Below are positions 49,765-62,849 of a stretch of 64,000 bases of DNA, one piece after another. Each line of letters begins with the position of its first letter. The first letter of the stretch is position 1. Source of the stretch: Azolla caroliniana (Eukaryota; Plantae; Polypodiophyta); assembly GCA_043228905.1 (NCBI GenBank), contig JBHGNT010000014.1:17856001-17920000 (forward strand). The letters run 5' to 3'. The position numbers and the translations under genes were made by a program. The notes under the pieces are model-generated. The model was not told where the DNA came from, did no database searches, and saw only the letters and a program-made list of their open reading frames with translations.

Positions 49765-50531
49765 TTCCGCTGCGTACTAGCGCGGGTCAAACCTCCTGCG
49801 CCGCTGCTCTACTGTGCCGAGTCTCCTGGTGAGACGCCCACACCGCAGACCTCCATCGGGGACTGGTGCGCCACTCTGTTGCTCCGCTACTGCTAAAACT
49901 TGATGTATGATTATCAAATTTATGATAAGTATGATGACCAAATTTATGACAGGTATAATGATGACTAAATTTATAATAAGTGTGATGACCAAATTTATGA
50001 TGATTTTCTCACACAAATTCATAATATGTATGCTAATCAATATCTCTAAAAAAATAGTTTGGTTTGGTTTTAATTGATGATAAACCGGTTTGGTTTGGTT
50101 CTAAATTTCCCGTAAACGGTTGTGTTCGGTTTTTATTATAAATAAATGGGTTGGTTTGGTTTGGTTTCAAGGCCAAGAAACCGAACCGGGCCCATTAATA
50201 TCCATTCCACAGAGCCAAATCAACGCCTACCAATCCAAGGACTGAATGCGATTGTTATATAAAATCCACTGTTATAAAACCCTAAACCGAATGCTCTGAT
50301 ACCCCGACAAATAGAATGTGTGTCCGCCCGCCCAACCACAAGTCTTGGAGGTAGAGAGAGATACATGTGTTTATTATTAGACTCAAGACCACAAGAAGTT
50401 TTAAAAGAAGAGATTGATTTGGAACACACACACACTAAACACAAAAAAAGGAAAGAAAGACAGATAGAAGAGTGAGTGAGTGGCAGATTGTGTAGCAGGA
50501 TTTTTACACACTACCCATCTACAACGTACTC

Positions 50532-53500
50532 ATGGCCATGAGAGGAGTAGATAATCTGGCCAAATTCAGCGTCAGGAGAAGGATAAAAGGAGGAAGTAGA
50601 AGAAGGAGATTCTTCTCTTCCTCATCCAAATCAGATGATGATGATGATAATAATGATGATGATGATGATGACTATGATGATACCATCGTCGCAGTGACAT
50701 ATACAAAGTGCGGGATCGTCGCCGAACATGAAGCCATTCTTCATCCTGTTGGAACGCTTTTCAGAATAAATGTCAGTTCTCTCTCTATATATATACATAT
50801 AAAATGTGATCACAATGATCACTAATACTGTAATGAAAATAGATTTTTTTCCTTTCAGAATGAAACTAGTGTATAAAAATTGCCAGAGTCTTTATTTTTT
50901 ACAAGAATTTAAAAGAAACATCGCTTTTGTTTTCCAGCTATCTACCAAGTTTCCTTTTCATGCTTGAAATATGTATAGGATGTTAGTGGGACAAATGGCA
51001 GAAATGCTTTATAGGAAACTGGAAGCAGTGGGTTTTATTTTAGCTTTCATGCTTGAAATATGCAGGATATGATCAGTTGCAAAAAGGTCAGAAATGTTTT
51101 ATATAAAAATCTTGAAAAAGCATGGGTTTCATTTTAGTTCTCATGTTTCTTGAAATATTTATAGGATATTAATGGGGAAAATTACCAAAAATGTTTCATA
51201 GGAATTTAGAAGCATGGGTTTTTGGGGGGCTTAATGTTTGAAATATATAGGATGTGAGTGGGAAAATGCCCTAAATATTCTATACAAATTTAGAAGAAAC
51301 ATGGACTTTGTTTTAGTTTTCATGTTTGGAATTTACAGGAGATTAGTGGGAAAATGCCACAAATGTTTATAGTCTTTAGACGGAACATGGGTTTTAATTT
51401 AGTTTTCATGCTTGAAATTTGTAGGATGCTGGTGGGAAGATGCCAGATTTTTTATAGGAATTTGGAAGAAAGATATATTTTCTTTTTAATAATCTACCTA
51501 GTTTCCTTTTCATACTTACACACGCGCGTACGGCATGTACATATATATATATATGTATATCATATATCTATAAAATGAAAAAAGCCAATATGCTTTTATA
51601 GGAATTTAGAGAAATTTGGAAAAAGTCAAAATAAAACTGATCAGGAAAAAATGCAATTCCAGCTTCATAAAAGATAAAGATACAATTCCAGTAGTCAAAC
51701 TTTTAATGATCTAAGAAAGATGGGAAGTGATAAAGATAAAATAAAGATAAATACAATTTCCAGCGTTGTTTTCTTTTCCTGTCTAATTGCCTACCAAGTT
51801 TCGTTTTCATGGTTGAAAAAACAAGGAAAAATAATTTAATGCCTTAATGATGCCTTTTCTCTGTTATTTTATAGAGAGAATATGAGGTCCATTCATATGC
51901 AAACACTGGGGAAGGAACCGTTCAAGTGAATAAAATGGATGATGGAAACCATACAGGTTTACTTTTACATTCTTAGGATAAATTTAAATACTTTTAAATA
52001 CAACTCAAACACAATAATACTTTTTTTTATAACTGTTTTCTTTGTACCTGGTTCAAATTTGTTTCAAAAGTAATTTAATACATGGACCTAATACATACAT
52101 ACATAGCAAGTTTTTTACTGGGAAAACATGCAATATAAAAGATTATGCATGAAATATGTTTATAGCCCCTAAGGTGTTAACAATATCTTGCATTTGTTGG
52201 CTATGTTACTAGTGTCCATTGCCTATGGCGGCCATTCATCTGAAGAGAAGGTTTCATTATGCTCATCACATTTTCTTGGCTCAAGTAATCATCTCGAGCT
52301 GCAATATGCGAGCAATCTTAACAAAGGTTCACACAACATTTTTATAGCTTGCACTCATTATTAAGAAACATGGAGAAAATAGGTTTTCACTTAATTTTCA
52401 ACTGTGTGATTATCATCATCATTATTATTAATTGATGTGATTATAGATGCTTATTGTAGCTTGTATGCTTGGCATCAATTTAATGAGGAGTCTCTCCTTT
52501 GTTCAAGGTCTCAGTCTTTTCATGAACTTTACATTTAAACCTCACCACAATTGAATTATATATTGTGGCATTTACTTGTATGGTTTCTGGTCACAGATAT
52601 CGTGAAGGTTTAACCAGCGATCCCATTGTTGAGATAGAAGTTCAACATCAAAGGAAACTTTTTCAGGTCCATCCAAAGAAGCATAGAAACATAAGATGGT
52701 TAGAAAATATATGAAATTGGTTGATGCTTTTTGTGGTCTTAAGTTGTTCGTTTGCATGTACAAATAGATCTTAGGTTTCATTTTGTTTTGGTGATATTTA
52801 TTCTACAATTTGATGCTTTTTTGGTGACACTTGAAGTTTTTCTTGAAGGACATATTAAAAAATTGGAGATGGAATATCAATATTGGAGTTACAAAATCAA
52901 TAGAAAAATGTTTCAAAATAGCTTTCCATTTTGTCTCATAAGGTCGATAGTACTTTACGACAATGCGTTGATTAGCTCATTTTTTAGCTATTTCTCTAGC
53001 ATAGGAAGTAAATATCACATTAAACACTCTCGAGAATTACCAATTCGGGGAATTATCCCTTCCAAGAAAAGATCAACTGAAGCAAAAGCACTTGATCATG
53101 CTTTGAAAGTAACCATTTATAATATATCAAATGGTATAAAGATTGAAGGTGGTTTGTGCTACATGTAGAGAAACTTGATTAGCTTTATTGTGTGCTTTTG
53201 AAGTTACAAATATGAGATATACTTAAAGTCTATATGGGTGTAAAAATTTAGAAATTGAACCTCATTCTGTCATATTGTCATATAAATTTCATGTTTTTTA
53301 ACTGCGTAACTGATTGGATTTGGCCAAAATTTACAATTATATGATTATAATCTCTCTAAGTATTATTGCCAATTTGTTTTCTTCATTATAACAGGCCAAT
53401 GGAAAGCTTGAGAAGAACTTGGCAAGTGGCTATCAAGAATTTTCTATAGCATCCAAAACTGAATTACTCAAGGATGTGATAATGAGAAACTTATTCAGCA

Positions 53501-55513
53501 CAGACATGAGGTTGCCTCCGTGTGTTATTATTATTCCTGTATAGCTTATGCTTCTTTGCATCTTAAATCATTGAGAATAGGTAAACATCATGATGTCCAT
53601 CTTTATGATATTTCTAACATAAGACAAACATTCACACATATTGACATACTTAACTGTTTGTGTATGGATAATGAAATTACTAATGTTGTCCTTTGTGATA
53701 ATTTGTTTGGAAGTGACGGCTTTGTGGGACTTGAATTGGTATCAACATCAGATCGTCATTCCATATCTTCACGGTGAATAATTTTCAGTGTTGTAACGTT
53801 CTTTCACATTGATTTCACCGTTCTTTCACATTGTAACGTTCTTTCACATTGTAACGTTCTTTCAGGATACAATTAAGCTTGACATCATCTTGGTTTATAA
53901 ACAATTGAAAGTTGAGGGTTCTATCTATTAATAGTGAAGTTAACTTGTGATAACCTAGTTCATTCGATGTAGTGTTCGTTTGGGACATGGTGGTACCAAA
54001 GAAATGTTTGTGAAAGGAAGCCGAAACTTCTGGAAGGATATGGTGACTGAAGCATCGGTATTTACAAATTTTGATATGCACCAGAATATCAGGTTTTTTT
54101 CTTGTCTTTCACCTTCTACCAATGCCTAAATTTAGCATCCATATGCTTTTCTGCTTTATAACAAATTGCCAGAAACACTTTTTTAAGTAATGCAAGATTT
54201 AGCATACCTCTTGCTGGTCTTATATATTATCACAATCCCCCCCCCCTGGTCTCTCGAAAAATTACTACATTATCATTTGGTCTTGAATCAATTACCAAAA
54301 TACCCTGCAGTCTTTAAGACAACATTTACTACAAAACACCCTCAGTCTTCAAAACATTAGAGGGCATTTGGGTGTTTTCCCCTTCCATTTCATTTCAGAG
54401 CTTAGTTGTAGAATCCATCAGTTTTGAAAGTGGTTGAGGAAGTAGAAAAATATGTATCTAAATATTTGACTGGCTCATTTGGGTAATCCTAGTTTTTTTA
54501 CTGGATGCAAATTCATGCTATCATTTATAGCCTGGAAGCAAAGTGTAAGGTGTCTGGTGAAAACGAGGTGTCAGTAAAGCTTTCCAGCAATTCCTTTAGC
54601 ACTCATGAAGTCAATGTCAAAACGTCATTATTTTCCGAGGGAGATTCTTGGAACTGCAAATACAGGTATTTTGTAATAAACCTTGGTTCTTTTTACATTG
54701 TGAGTGTGGTTTTTAAATAATGGCATAATTGGGTATGAAAACATGCATCCCTCTTCTCCTAAAAGGAGAAGCTGCTGGGAGCACACCATTGGTATAGAAA
54801 GGTTTCCTAATTGGGAAACACTCCTAGGAAGATTTTTCTTCTTTTCTTCCATGCTTTAATTTTCTTATATCTGTTAATTATTTTAGCAAGCATTAAAAAG
54901 GAACTTGCAAATTCTTTATTTTTTCAAGTTTTTGGAGTGTCATTTGAACTCTTGCACCAATGGTTGTAAGGTATACAGTTCTTCTCGAAGCAGAAAAAGC
55001 AGCACTCCTTTGGGATTGGAAGGCTTCCTGTTTAGGAAATCTTTGTAATGTATTTTGCTTATTTTCCTTCTGTGTCTTAATTGCTCATATAATATGTGAA
55101 TCACTTTACCAAACTTAAACAATTTATTTGCAATTTTTTGCAATTTTGGTTTTTAAACCATTGCCACCTTTGGTTATGAAACTTAAAAAGTGTACAATTC
55201 TTCTCGAACAAGAAAAAGCATCACTCTTTTCGAGATAGAATGTTTTCCTACTTTGGAAACTCTCCATAAGTGTTTCCCTATCATGCCATTGTTGGGGCCC
55301 ATTTTTTATAATATCTATTTAATCAGCATTTACTAAACATTTGAAGTCTTATGTATAGTTCTTTCTTACAGCAACAGAACTGGAGATGGACATTTGCTAG
55401 GCTTGGAGTGGGAGAAAAGCAACTCCTTGGGTAATCTCCTCACATTGGGCATCGAATTAAATAGAGATGGGATTGCTTTGATTGGAAAATGTAACTACGA
55501 TTTTGCAAAATAA
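50532..55513 (+). CDS. Putative beta-barrel outer-membrane pore, OEP24-like; exons 50532-50747, 51875-51956, 52213-52250, 53395-53510, 54531-54665, 55372-55513; 242 aa
   Basis: Six GT-AG exons join in frame (intron phases 0,1,0,2,2) without stops. Alternating polar/hydrophobic strand pattern. HLLGLEWEKSN resembles the OEP24 LLG[LM]EWSR block as recalled, and the protein ends with a strand-like LIGKCNYDF. The gene model is firmer than the product call. Confidence 0.68.
50950..51470 (+). repeat. Degenerate ~90-bp tandem repeat in intron 1
   Basis: About 6 units of TTTCATGCTTGAAATAT..AGGAT..TAGTGGGAAAAT..AAATGTTT.TAGGAA..GAAGCATGGGTTT. Confidence 0.7.
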
Positions 55514-57327
55514 TCTTTTTTGGCAATTGAAACACAGCAAGAAGAGAATCAAAAAAATTGTAACAATAATCAAGATATTTATAAAGAAACAAAGATCGTT
55601 CACCCATTGATTAAGAGTTCGATGACGAGGTGTTCTGTGAAGTTTGGCAAAGAAATGATTAATCATGAAAATTAATAGATTTGGTGCCTTTCATTTCAAG
55701 CCATGTAGTCTCTCACTGTTCTTATATTCATTTCTTTTCAATAATGATTCTACTTCTTAGATACATTATCTGGTGTGGAAGTCTGGAACTAGTAATAAAA
55801 GAAATATATTGGAAATACAATCATTTCACATTATTACATTATGGGTCTTCTCAACAGGGGACACTCAGACTTCTCAGGATTAAAAATTGTATAGTGAAAT
55901 TATTGAGATATAGGACATCATGAGTGTCTCTATAGCAATTAGTCTCACCAAGTGCAAAATTACAACCTGCACCAATACTAAAGAAACATGAGAACTCCAT
56001 TCAAATACAATTATTTTTGTTCAACAACACTGCATACTCGTATAGCCCATGGTTTACAAGATAAATATGATGTTTATTAAGACTATTATGGTTTGCTTAG
56101 AGTTCAGATTTTTTTTGTTCTATTTTAGAAATCTTCCATAAAAAATTGATTATAAACCATCATCTCTATGTGGATATTACCATGAAGTGTCTATTTATCT
56201 GTCAAGGAATCAACTAGCAACGTGTGTTTGTACTTACATTGATCAGCACTTCGTTCTAGTCTACTTAAATTGATGAATGGCAAGTAGTACATTGATCAAA
56301 CTCATCCATGATATAATGGCAATCCATCCTAAGACAATGGTAATATCAATCACTGACACTTTTGCTCTCCTACAATGTCTTAAAGAGTATTGAATGCTAA
56401 CGAAAAATTCTGGTAGATCAACTGTACACCCTATGAAACATTGGTAATATTAATCATCAAGACTGATATTAGTATTACATTGCAATTGTTTCCTAGTGTA
56501 TTGAATGCCTACTGATGATCGGGATCATATTACACAAGGTCTTTGTTTAATGTGTTGAACTCAGCCATAAGCTTTTGTTGATATATACGAACTACCAGTG
56601 GTCACTCCAAAACGTATGTCTACATACAGATATTAATAAGTGCAATAATTATCTGTTTACAAATGGAAATCAGAATTTTGTGTTTATTAGGGCATTTTCC
56701 TACAATAAATTGGCATCCATTCATTTACAGATGGAAATTAACGTTTGTGAATCACAAGGACATCACTAGAAAATGTTTTTAAGTAATCTGGTGGCACTGT
56801 CACTCCTAAAATAATTCTATGATTAGGTGACCTACCACAATCATGTGCAATTCTCTACATGAAATACCAAGGAATCAATGTATTTGTCTGAGATGCCATT
56901 TCTTGATGGATTCATATTTGTGTATCTCAGATGTATCAACATGCAAATATTCTGACCCTGATACAGTAAATGTCATTATACATAATGCTTATGACACATC
57001 TAAGCAATTGATTATGTGAATTTGTATAACCCTTACAAAGAATATAGAATCCTTAAAACTGTCAAGATTTTAAGTTTGTAATGCTACTTGATGTATTGAT
57101 CCAGATGGGTTGAGTTTATTTGAGAGTTATTGCAATGTTCAAAGTTAATGTACAAAATATAACATGAACAATTGATGTACTGATCCAGATGGGTCTGAGT
57201 TTATTTGAGAGTTATTGCAATGTTCTACCAATTGCTTTAGGGTGTTGTTGATAATTAATAAGCACTTTTGCACTCTCCCACATTTAAGACAATGCTTCCT
57301 CATAGCCTTCCCTGTAGGAACAATGTC

Positions 57328-60300
57328 CTATACCTTATGTCTTACACGGATGATAGCAATGCCTCCTTCATAGTATTCTATGCCATGAAGGGTGCCCTCA
57401 TTCTTCTCTCTTGTTAATGTATTGATACAAGTTTCCCATTCCTCCTCAGTGCAGTGTTCCACATCTACATCCATCCCTAGAGTGTTAAGTTCACTAGTGA
57501 AGAGATTAAGCTCTCTGTTCTCTCTTACAGCAGAAACAAATAGACCATTTCCGTGTGGCTTCAATAGCCTGTTGTGTATCACACCCTACATTGAATAGAG
57601 GCCACAATATAAATTTTGTAAGTTGAAAGTTCCTAGGGCATATTGCAGAAATATATCCTACCGCAAGAGATCGAATGTTGTATTGCTTATAGATGAGCTC
57701 ACTTCCAATGATCCAATCAAACTTCTCATCATCTTTCAGCTCCAATGGGGATTGATCAGTCGGCTGATACATGCATCATTTTTCATATCAAATTCGGAAG
57801 TTGTAAATTGCAATGAGTTTGTTTGTGAACAGAGTAAGTCTACATGCATCTCATAGTCTTGATATACTATCGCTGAAAATGGTTTCAAATCTCTTATCAC
57901 CACCACATATATAAGTACTAATGACTACAGCATATGATATGCTTTAGAACTCCAACAATGTATGGATAGGCTCAGCATACATAAACATCAATGTACTCAC
58001 ACAATATCATGATTGTAACAGCTTTTGAGTTTCATAGACCACTTTGGCCTCTAGCACACCACTACAATCATAACATCTGTAACAGCTTTTGAGTTTCATA
58101 GACCACTTTGACCTCTATTGAAGCACTAAAAATACCCAATTTGATTTTTCTTTTGAAAGGGCATCTATTTCTCTGATATGGTTAATATAATCTATTGATT
58201 GATCTACCCTCTTCCATGGTCAAAGGCTTACCTCTTGCATTTCCTCTTTAAAGTTGGACGAAAAATTAGATGCATCTTTTGACCAATCCAATAGGCGCAC
58301 TCTAACATTGCATGGTTGTTCATCCATAGTTGTGGCTTGCATATGAATGTAGTCCAAACACGGTATGGATTGTTGCATAGTAGTATGTAAACTTGCTTGG
58401 TCATCAATAGAATGACATGTTGCTGGCAACAAAAGAACATTTTCACATAGATTGGCCACTATTTCAGGTAAATAATCAGATAAGACAACTTCCAAAGCTC
58501 CAAGCTTTGCTAAGAGTAATCCACAAAGACCACATCCACTCCCAAGTTCTAGAACTTTCTTGTTTTGGATATGTTTCTGAAGAGTGATAAGCCTCTGGGA
58601 CAAAATAAGCGCTGTGCCCCAAACTTTCCAACCAAGTCCTCCTTTAGCATAATCCATCTCTTTGATCTGTTAGCAAAATACCATCTTTTTTAATCCTAGC
58701 ATTTAAAACATCCTTCACATCATTAGTTTCCAATGGTTGCATAATAGATTGAAGTTATAAACTCTGAAAGTATGCATCAGTTTCCTATGAAACCCACCTG
58801 ACATATTGTAGTTTACCTTCTTCTCCTTTGTTGTAAATCCAGCTTTTCGAGTCATTGAGAGAGAGCTGAAACTTCCTTGAATCAGCCTACCTAGAAGAGA
58901 TTTTCAACAAATACCCCTCTCCCATGTCATCTAAATGAATTCTCAATATATGCTGAGAAAGCAAATCGATTCATCTTCTGCCACACATGCCATATCATGA
59001 TTCACATAGCCTGGCAACTATAAATGTTGTTATACGTCATAAATACAGCCCAAATTTGTGGTATCTCTCTAATTGACAAATATATTTCTTTTCGCTTAAG
59101 TAAAGTTTTCAGTATGTCTCATGATACTGACACAGATCAGCAACTAAAAATATATGAAACACGATTCACACTTTTTCCAAGCATCAATTTCTGCTCTGAT
59201 GTATATCTCAGCTCTCATCAGGGTTTCCAAACTGGATATTGTTTGATACAGCTCCTCAAACGTAAGGTTGCCTATGAACCTATTGATTACCTGTAAACCA
59301 TGAATACTGTCAAAGAGTCAAGTAAAAAACTCAAGATTGGAGAGATCTCATTTTCATGCTAACAATGGTGGTTGTCACAGAATCAAAGCAGTAAAATGAA
59401 GGCCTGCCATCCAAACAATTGATGTAATGATCAATCTCTATTCCACATTCCTTACAGAATCAACAACATATTTTTCTTGAAACTTTGAAATTACCATAGC
59501 GCTGTATAAAATACGATCTCTTCTCGAGCTTTTTACAACCTCATACTTTCATTATGCCTATAGTTCTCAGCTACTTTGCACTCAAGAACCAATTGTAGTC
59601 TGAAGAACAGCTGCTAATTCTACATAGCTCTCCAATTAGTAATAGTTTTTGGCTCGTTTTCAGGTAGAGGCCTACTGATACCACTTCATTATTTCAAATT
59701 ATGGATAATTCTTAGAGTTAAAATTCTTATTTACCATTCTGCAGAACTGTTGGAAATTCAAAAATAAGCAAACATTCATATCTTCCCGCAAAGATCCTAA
59801 ATACCACTTCATTATCCATAATTCTTGAATTTTTTACACACCACTTTGTTATGCTCAAACTTAAAACCTAAAGATACTGTTATTATGCCTCATTTCTTGG
59901 CTATTTTGCCAGTCGAGAAACAATTGAACCCTAAAGAAAAGCAACTAATACCATTTCATGGCCTGTCATTATGCATAGCTCTCAAGATTTCAACAGATTC
60001 ATGTACGATTGAATTTATATTTCCACAGTATAATACATGCGCAACAGAGTAAGGCATGATTTAATCAATCCTGCCATGGAGATTCAAGGGACATCCACGG
60101 ACCTCAATTTGCTGGTATTACATTGGAATCGTGAAGCCATCATAGCTAAAGAAAAAACAACTAAATTGCACTTTGAAGCTTGTGAATTTGCAAACTTACC
60201 TAATCCTGAACATGTAATCTCGAAAAGATCTCAATTTCGTAGCATTATTTCATTCACCCTAATCAAGATTTTCTTTATCCGAAGCATAAAATGTATCGTG

Positions 60301-60863
60301 ATCCTAAACCTTCTCTTTTTTATCTAAGAATTATTTCCACGATCCTAAGCATGGACGTACACAAAGATCTAAACTTCCAAACAAAACGAAAAGCTCAGGC
60401 GTCGTTTTCTTAATCCTGAACAAAAACATAGAGAACTATATTTCCCCACGAGAAAACTAACTCTTCCAGCATAAAGAGACGTAAGATTTCACATAAAGGA
60501 AGAAGAATATCTACTCACATGGACAGTAAGGAGCGGAGAGAAGGTGAAAGTTAACGGAGAGGGAGATGGAGAGCCACAGCAGCAGAGAGATATGAAATGG
60601 GAGAGGACGTCGACGACAGCATCAGGTAGAGCTTCTTCTCGATGGAGACGAAGGAACCTGAGAAGGATGGAAGAAGAAGGAGCTGGATCCATGGATCGTA
60701 CCGCTACATGGAGCTTCTGGAGCGTGGAAATCCATGGAGAGGGAGGCGTCGAATTGAGTGGAAATGAAGGAGGGGGGGAGATCGGGAGAGGAGGAGGAGA
60801 AGCAGAAGAGCTGTGGAGGATCAAATCGGAGCACAATCGGAGAAGCTCGCGCTCCATGGCCAT
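57328..60863 (-). CDS. SAM-dependent protein (lysine) methyltransferase, Methyltransf_16/METTL21-EEF2KMT-like; exons 60863-60519, 58666-58232, 57763-57662, 57585-57328; about 379 aa
   Basis: GLGWKVWGTAL, motif I VLELGSGCGLCG, LSDY, LLDW and FDWIIGSELIY (DxxY-like). Phase-0 GT-AG introns join in frame. Confidence 0.85.
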
Positions 60864-61140
60864 GACGGCCACGCCACTGCAGAGAAAGAAGAAGAAGAAG
60901 AAGAAGAAGATAGACCAAGCGGTTTACACGGTTTGGAGGTTCGGTTCACTCCGTTTCAGAGCTTCTATTAACCGGTTTGAGCTCGGTGCAAGGCTCAAGC
61001 CGAAACGAAACGGTTTGGGCAAACCGGTTAAGCCTAAATCGGTTTGTCCAAACTGGTTTCTAAACCCATTTAGGCTTGACCGGTTTTGTCTCAGATTAAC
61101 AGCCCGAGCTCTTACCGCTAGGGTGAACTAAATTAATGAG

Positions 61141-61593
61141 TAGCAATTGGCACAGTTTCAGCTCGAACCGAACCGAACCTTTTAAGACATGGCTTAATGG
61201 TTTATTGGTTCAAAGATAAATAAACCATTTGGTTTGGTTTCAAATATTATGATCCGGTTCGGTTTTGAATTTCATGGTTTAGTGGCTTTTCGGTTTCGGT
61301 TCGCTTTGGTTTTGAATTTCACGGTTTAGCGGTTTAGCGGTTTCGACTTATGTGGTTTGGTTTTAAGGTTTTAAAGTTTTAAATGTTTATAGGTTTGGTT
61401 TGGTTTTGATTTATGATAAACTGATTTGGTTTGGTTCTAAATTTTTCATAAATGATTTGGTTTAAACGGTCCCGCTCTAAATGGTTCAGTTTAAATGGCT
61501 TCATAAAATTTAAACAGTTTGGTTTGGTTTTTAATATAAATAAATGGTTTGGTTTGGTTTCAAGGCCAAGAAATCGAACCGCGCCCATTGCTA
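61141..61593. mobile_element. hAT-type MITE (family of 40795-50200) about 280 bp upstream of the methyltransferase start
   Basis: TAGCAATTGG...CCCATTGCTA TIRs; perfect 8-bp TSD TTAATGAG (61133-61140, 61594-61601). Confidence 0.9.
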
Positions 61594-61688
61594 TTAATGA
61601 GACACAATAAGTAAATTTATTAACATAAGTCGTTAACCGAGATTCATATATATTTTTAAATTAAATCATTTAAACATATATTAAATTG

Positions 61689-61722
<34 letters not shown>

Positions 61723-62849
61723 TGAGTTTAAAATATATTTAAATTTTAAAATTATTCATCAAATTGATGATAGAGCCAATAAATCTCTCTCTGTTTGGCT
61801 GGTACCATCTCCTCTACTCCTATTTTGCTTGGGCCTAAGTTTGTCGTGGCCCCTACATGATATATTATGACGTAGCCACATTAGACTCCCAATCCTTTCT
61901 ACTTCACCCCTAGTGAGCAAGCATGAGGTTTCCACATCCTTCAGTATGGTCGATCTATGCCTCCCAAAGTAGTTAATGATGATCTTGATCCTAGAAAAAC
62001 CACGAGCAAGATTGCATCTCCCTTGGTCCAAGTCCATCTCGAGAACATAGTACAAATGTACCTCGACTACGATGTATTGTTCTTTTTCATCTATTTCAAC
62101 TCCCACACAATAACATACTCTCTATTGTCGCCTTTCTCCCATTTACATGTATGTGTTCTAAGTTTATGTTAAGAGGTGTTGCATATCTGTCTTGAGGTCT
62201 TGTGAGTCTTAAGAATGTGCAAGATGTGTATCCTTGTCTCTATGTTTGATGTCAATATGTCAAGTTTTATCATTCACATCCATTCTTAATGTGGTAGCTC
62301 CAACATTTTGATCACAATTTGGATTGGTAGCTTCAACATAAGGTGAATGAATAATGATCACAAAAAGCTCTTAACAAGAAAAAACTCCTAGAAAAGGTAA
62401 GTTCCCTCCCATTAATTGAAAGAGGGGCGTGAATGAATGAGATACATAAAGAACATATATGTAGGCCATTGAATGCAAATGATGTGTATGGATCATGAGT
62501 GGATAACTAAGAAATAGATATAACCAGGTATAGATCGGTTAGAGACATATGCGGAAGTGTAAGATAAATATGAGATGTCGCCCAAATGTAAGTAGACGTC
62601 TGGTGGCGAGCTTTTGTACAATCAACATAGGGTATATAGTAGTTGCAGATGATAGGATAATTTAGGCAAGGACTACTTGATAAGGGGACTAAAGTTGTGT
62701 ACAGAAGGACATATTTAAGTAATGGAGTATATTCTTTTTTGGGGGGGGGGGGAAATGAACAAGACAAAAGGGTCTAGTAATTTATGTTGTTTTCTTGGAG
62801 TTAAATGAAGCATGGAAAGATAGCCTCATCCAAAGGATGGTTGAGGAAC

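Larger units (their letters stand above)
41146..49899 (-). mobile_element. Full-length L1/Tx1-like LINE (5' UTR, ORF1, APE-RT-zf ORF2, A-rich tail), decayed
   Basis: 13-bp TSD TTGATGTATGATT (41133-41145, 49900-49912) and an A-rich tail at about 41146-41170. APE motifs IITWNMQG, NIYAPN, SDHYPV; RT motifs LDFEKAYDRV, SVRQGCPLAP; zinc finger CVEC...HTLWNCP. Confidence 0.93.
40795..50200. mobile_element. hAT-type MITE expanded by a nested LINE
   Basis: TIRs TAGCAATGGGCCCGGTT and AACCGGGCCCATTAATA; perfect 8-bp TSD TCCATTCC (40787-40794, 50201-50208). Confidence 0.9.

Noticed and set aside
4494-60863. Biosynthetic gene cluster (two P450s plus a methyltransferase)
   Set aside because: The methyltransferase has protein-lysine MT motifs, lies over 30 kb away, and no scaffold-forming enzyme is in the window.
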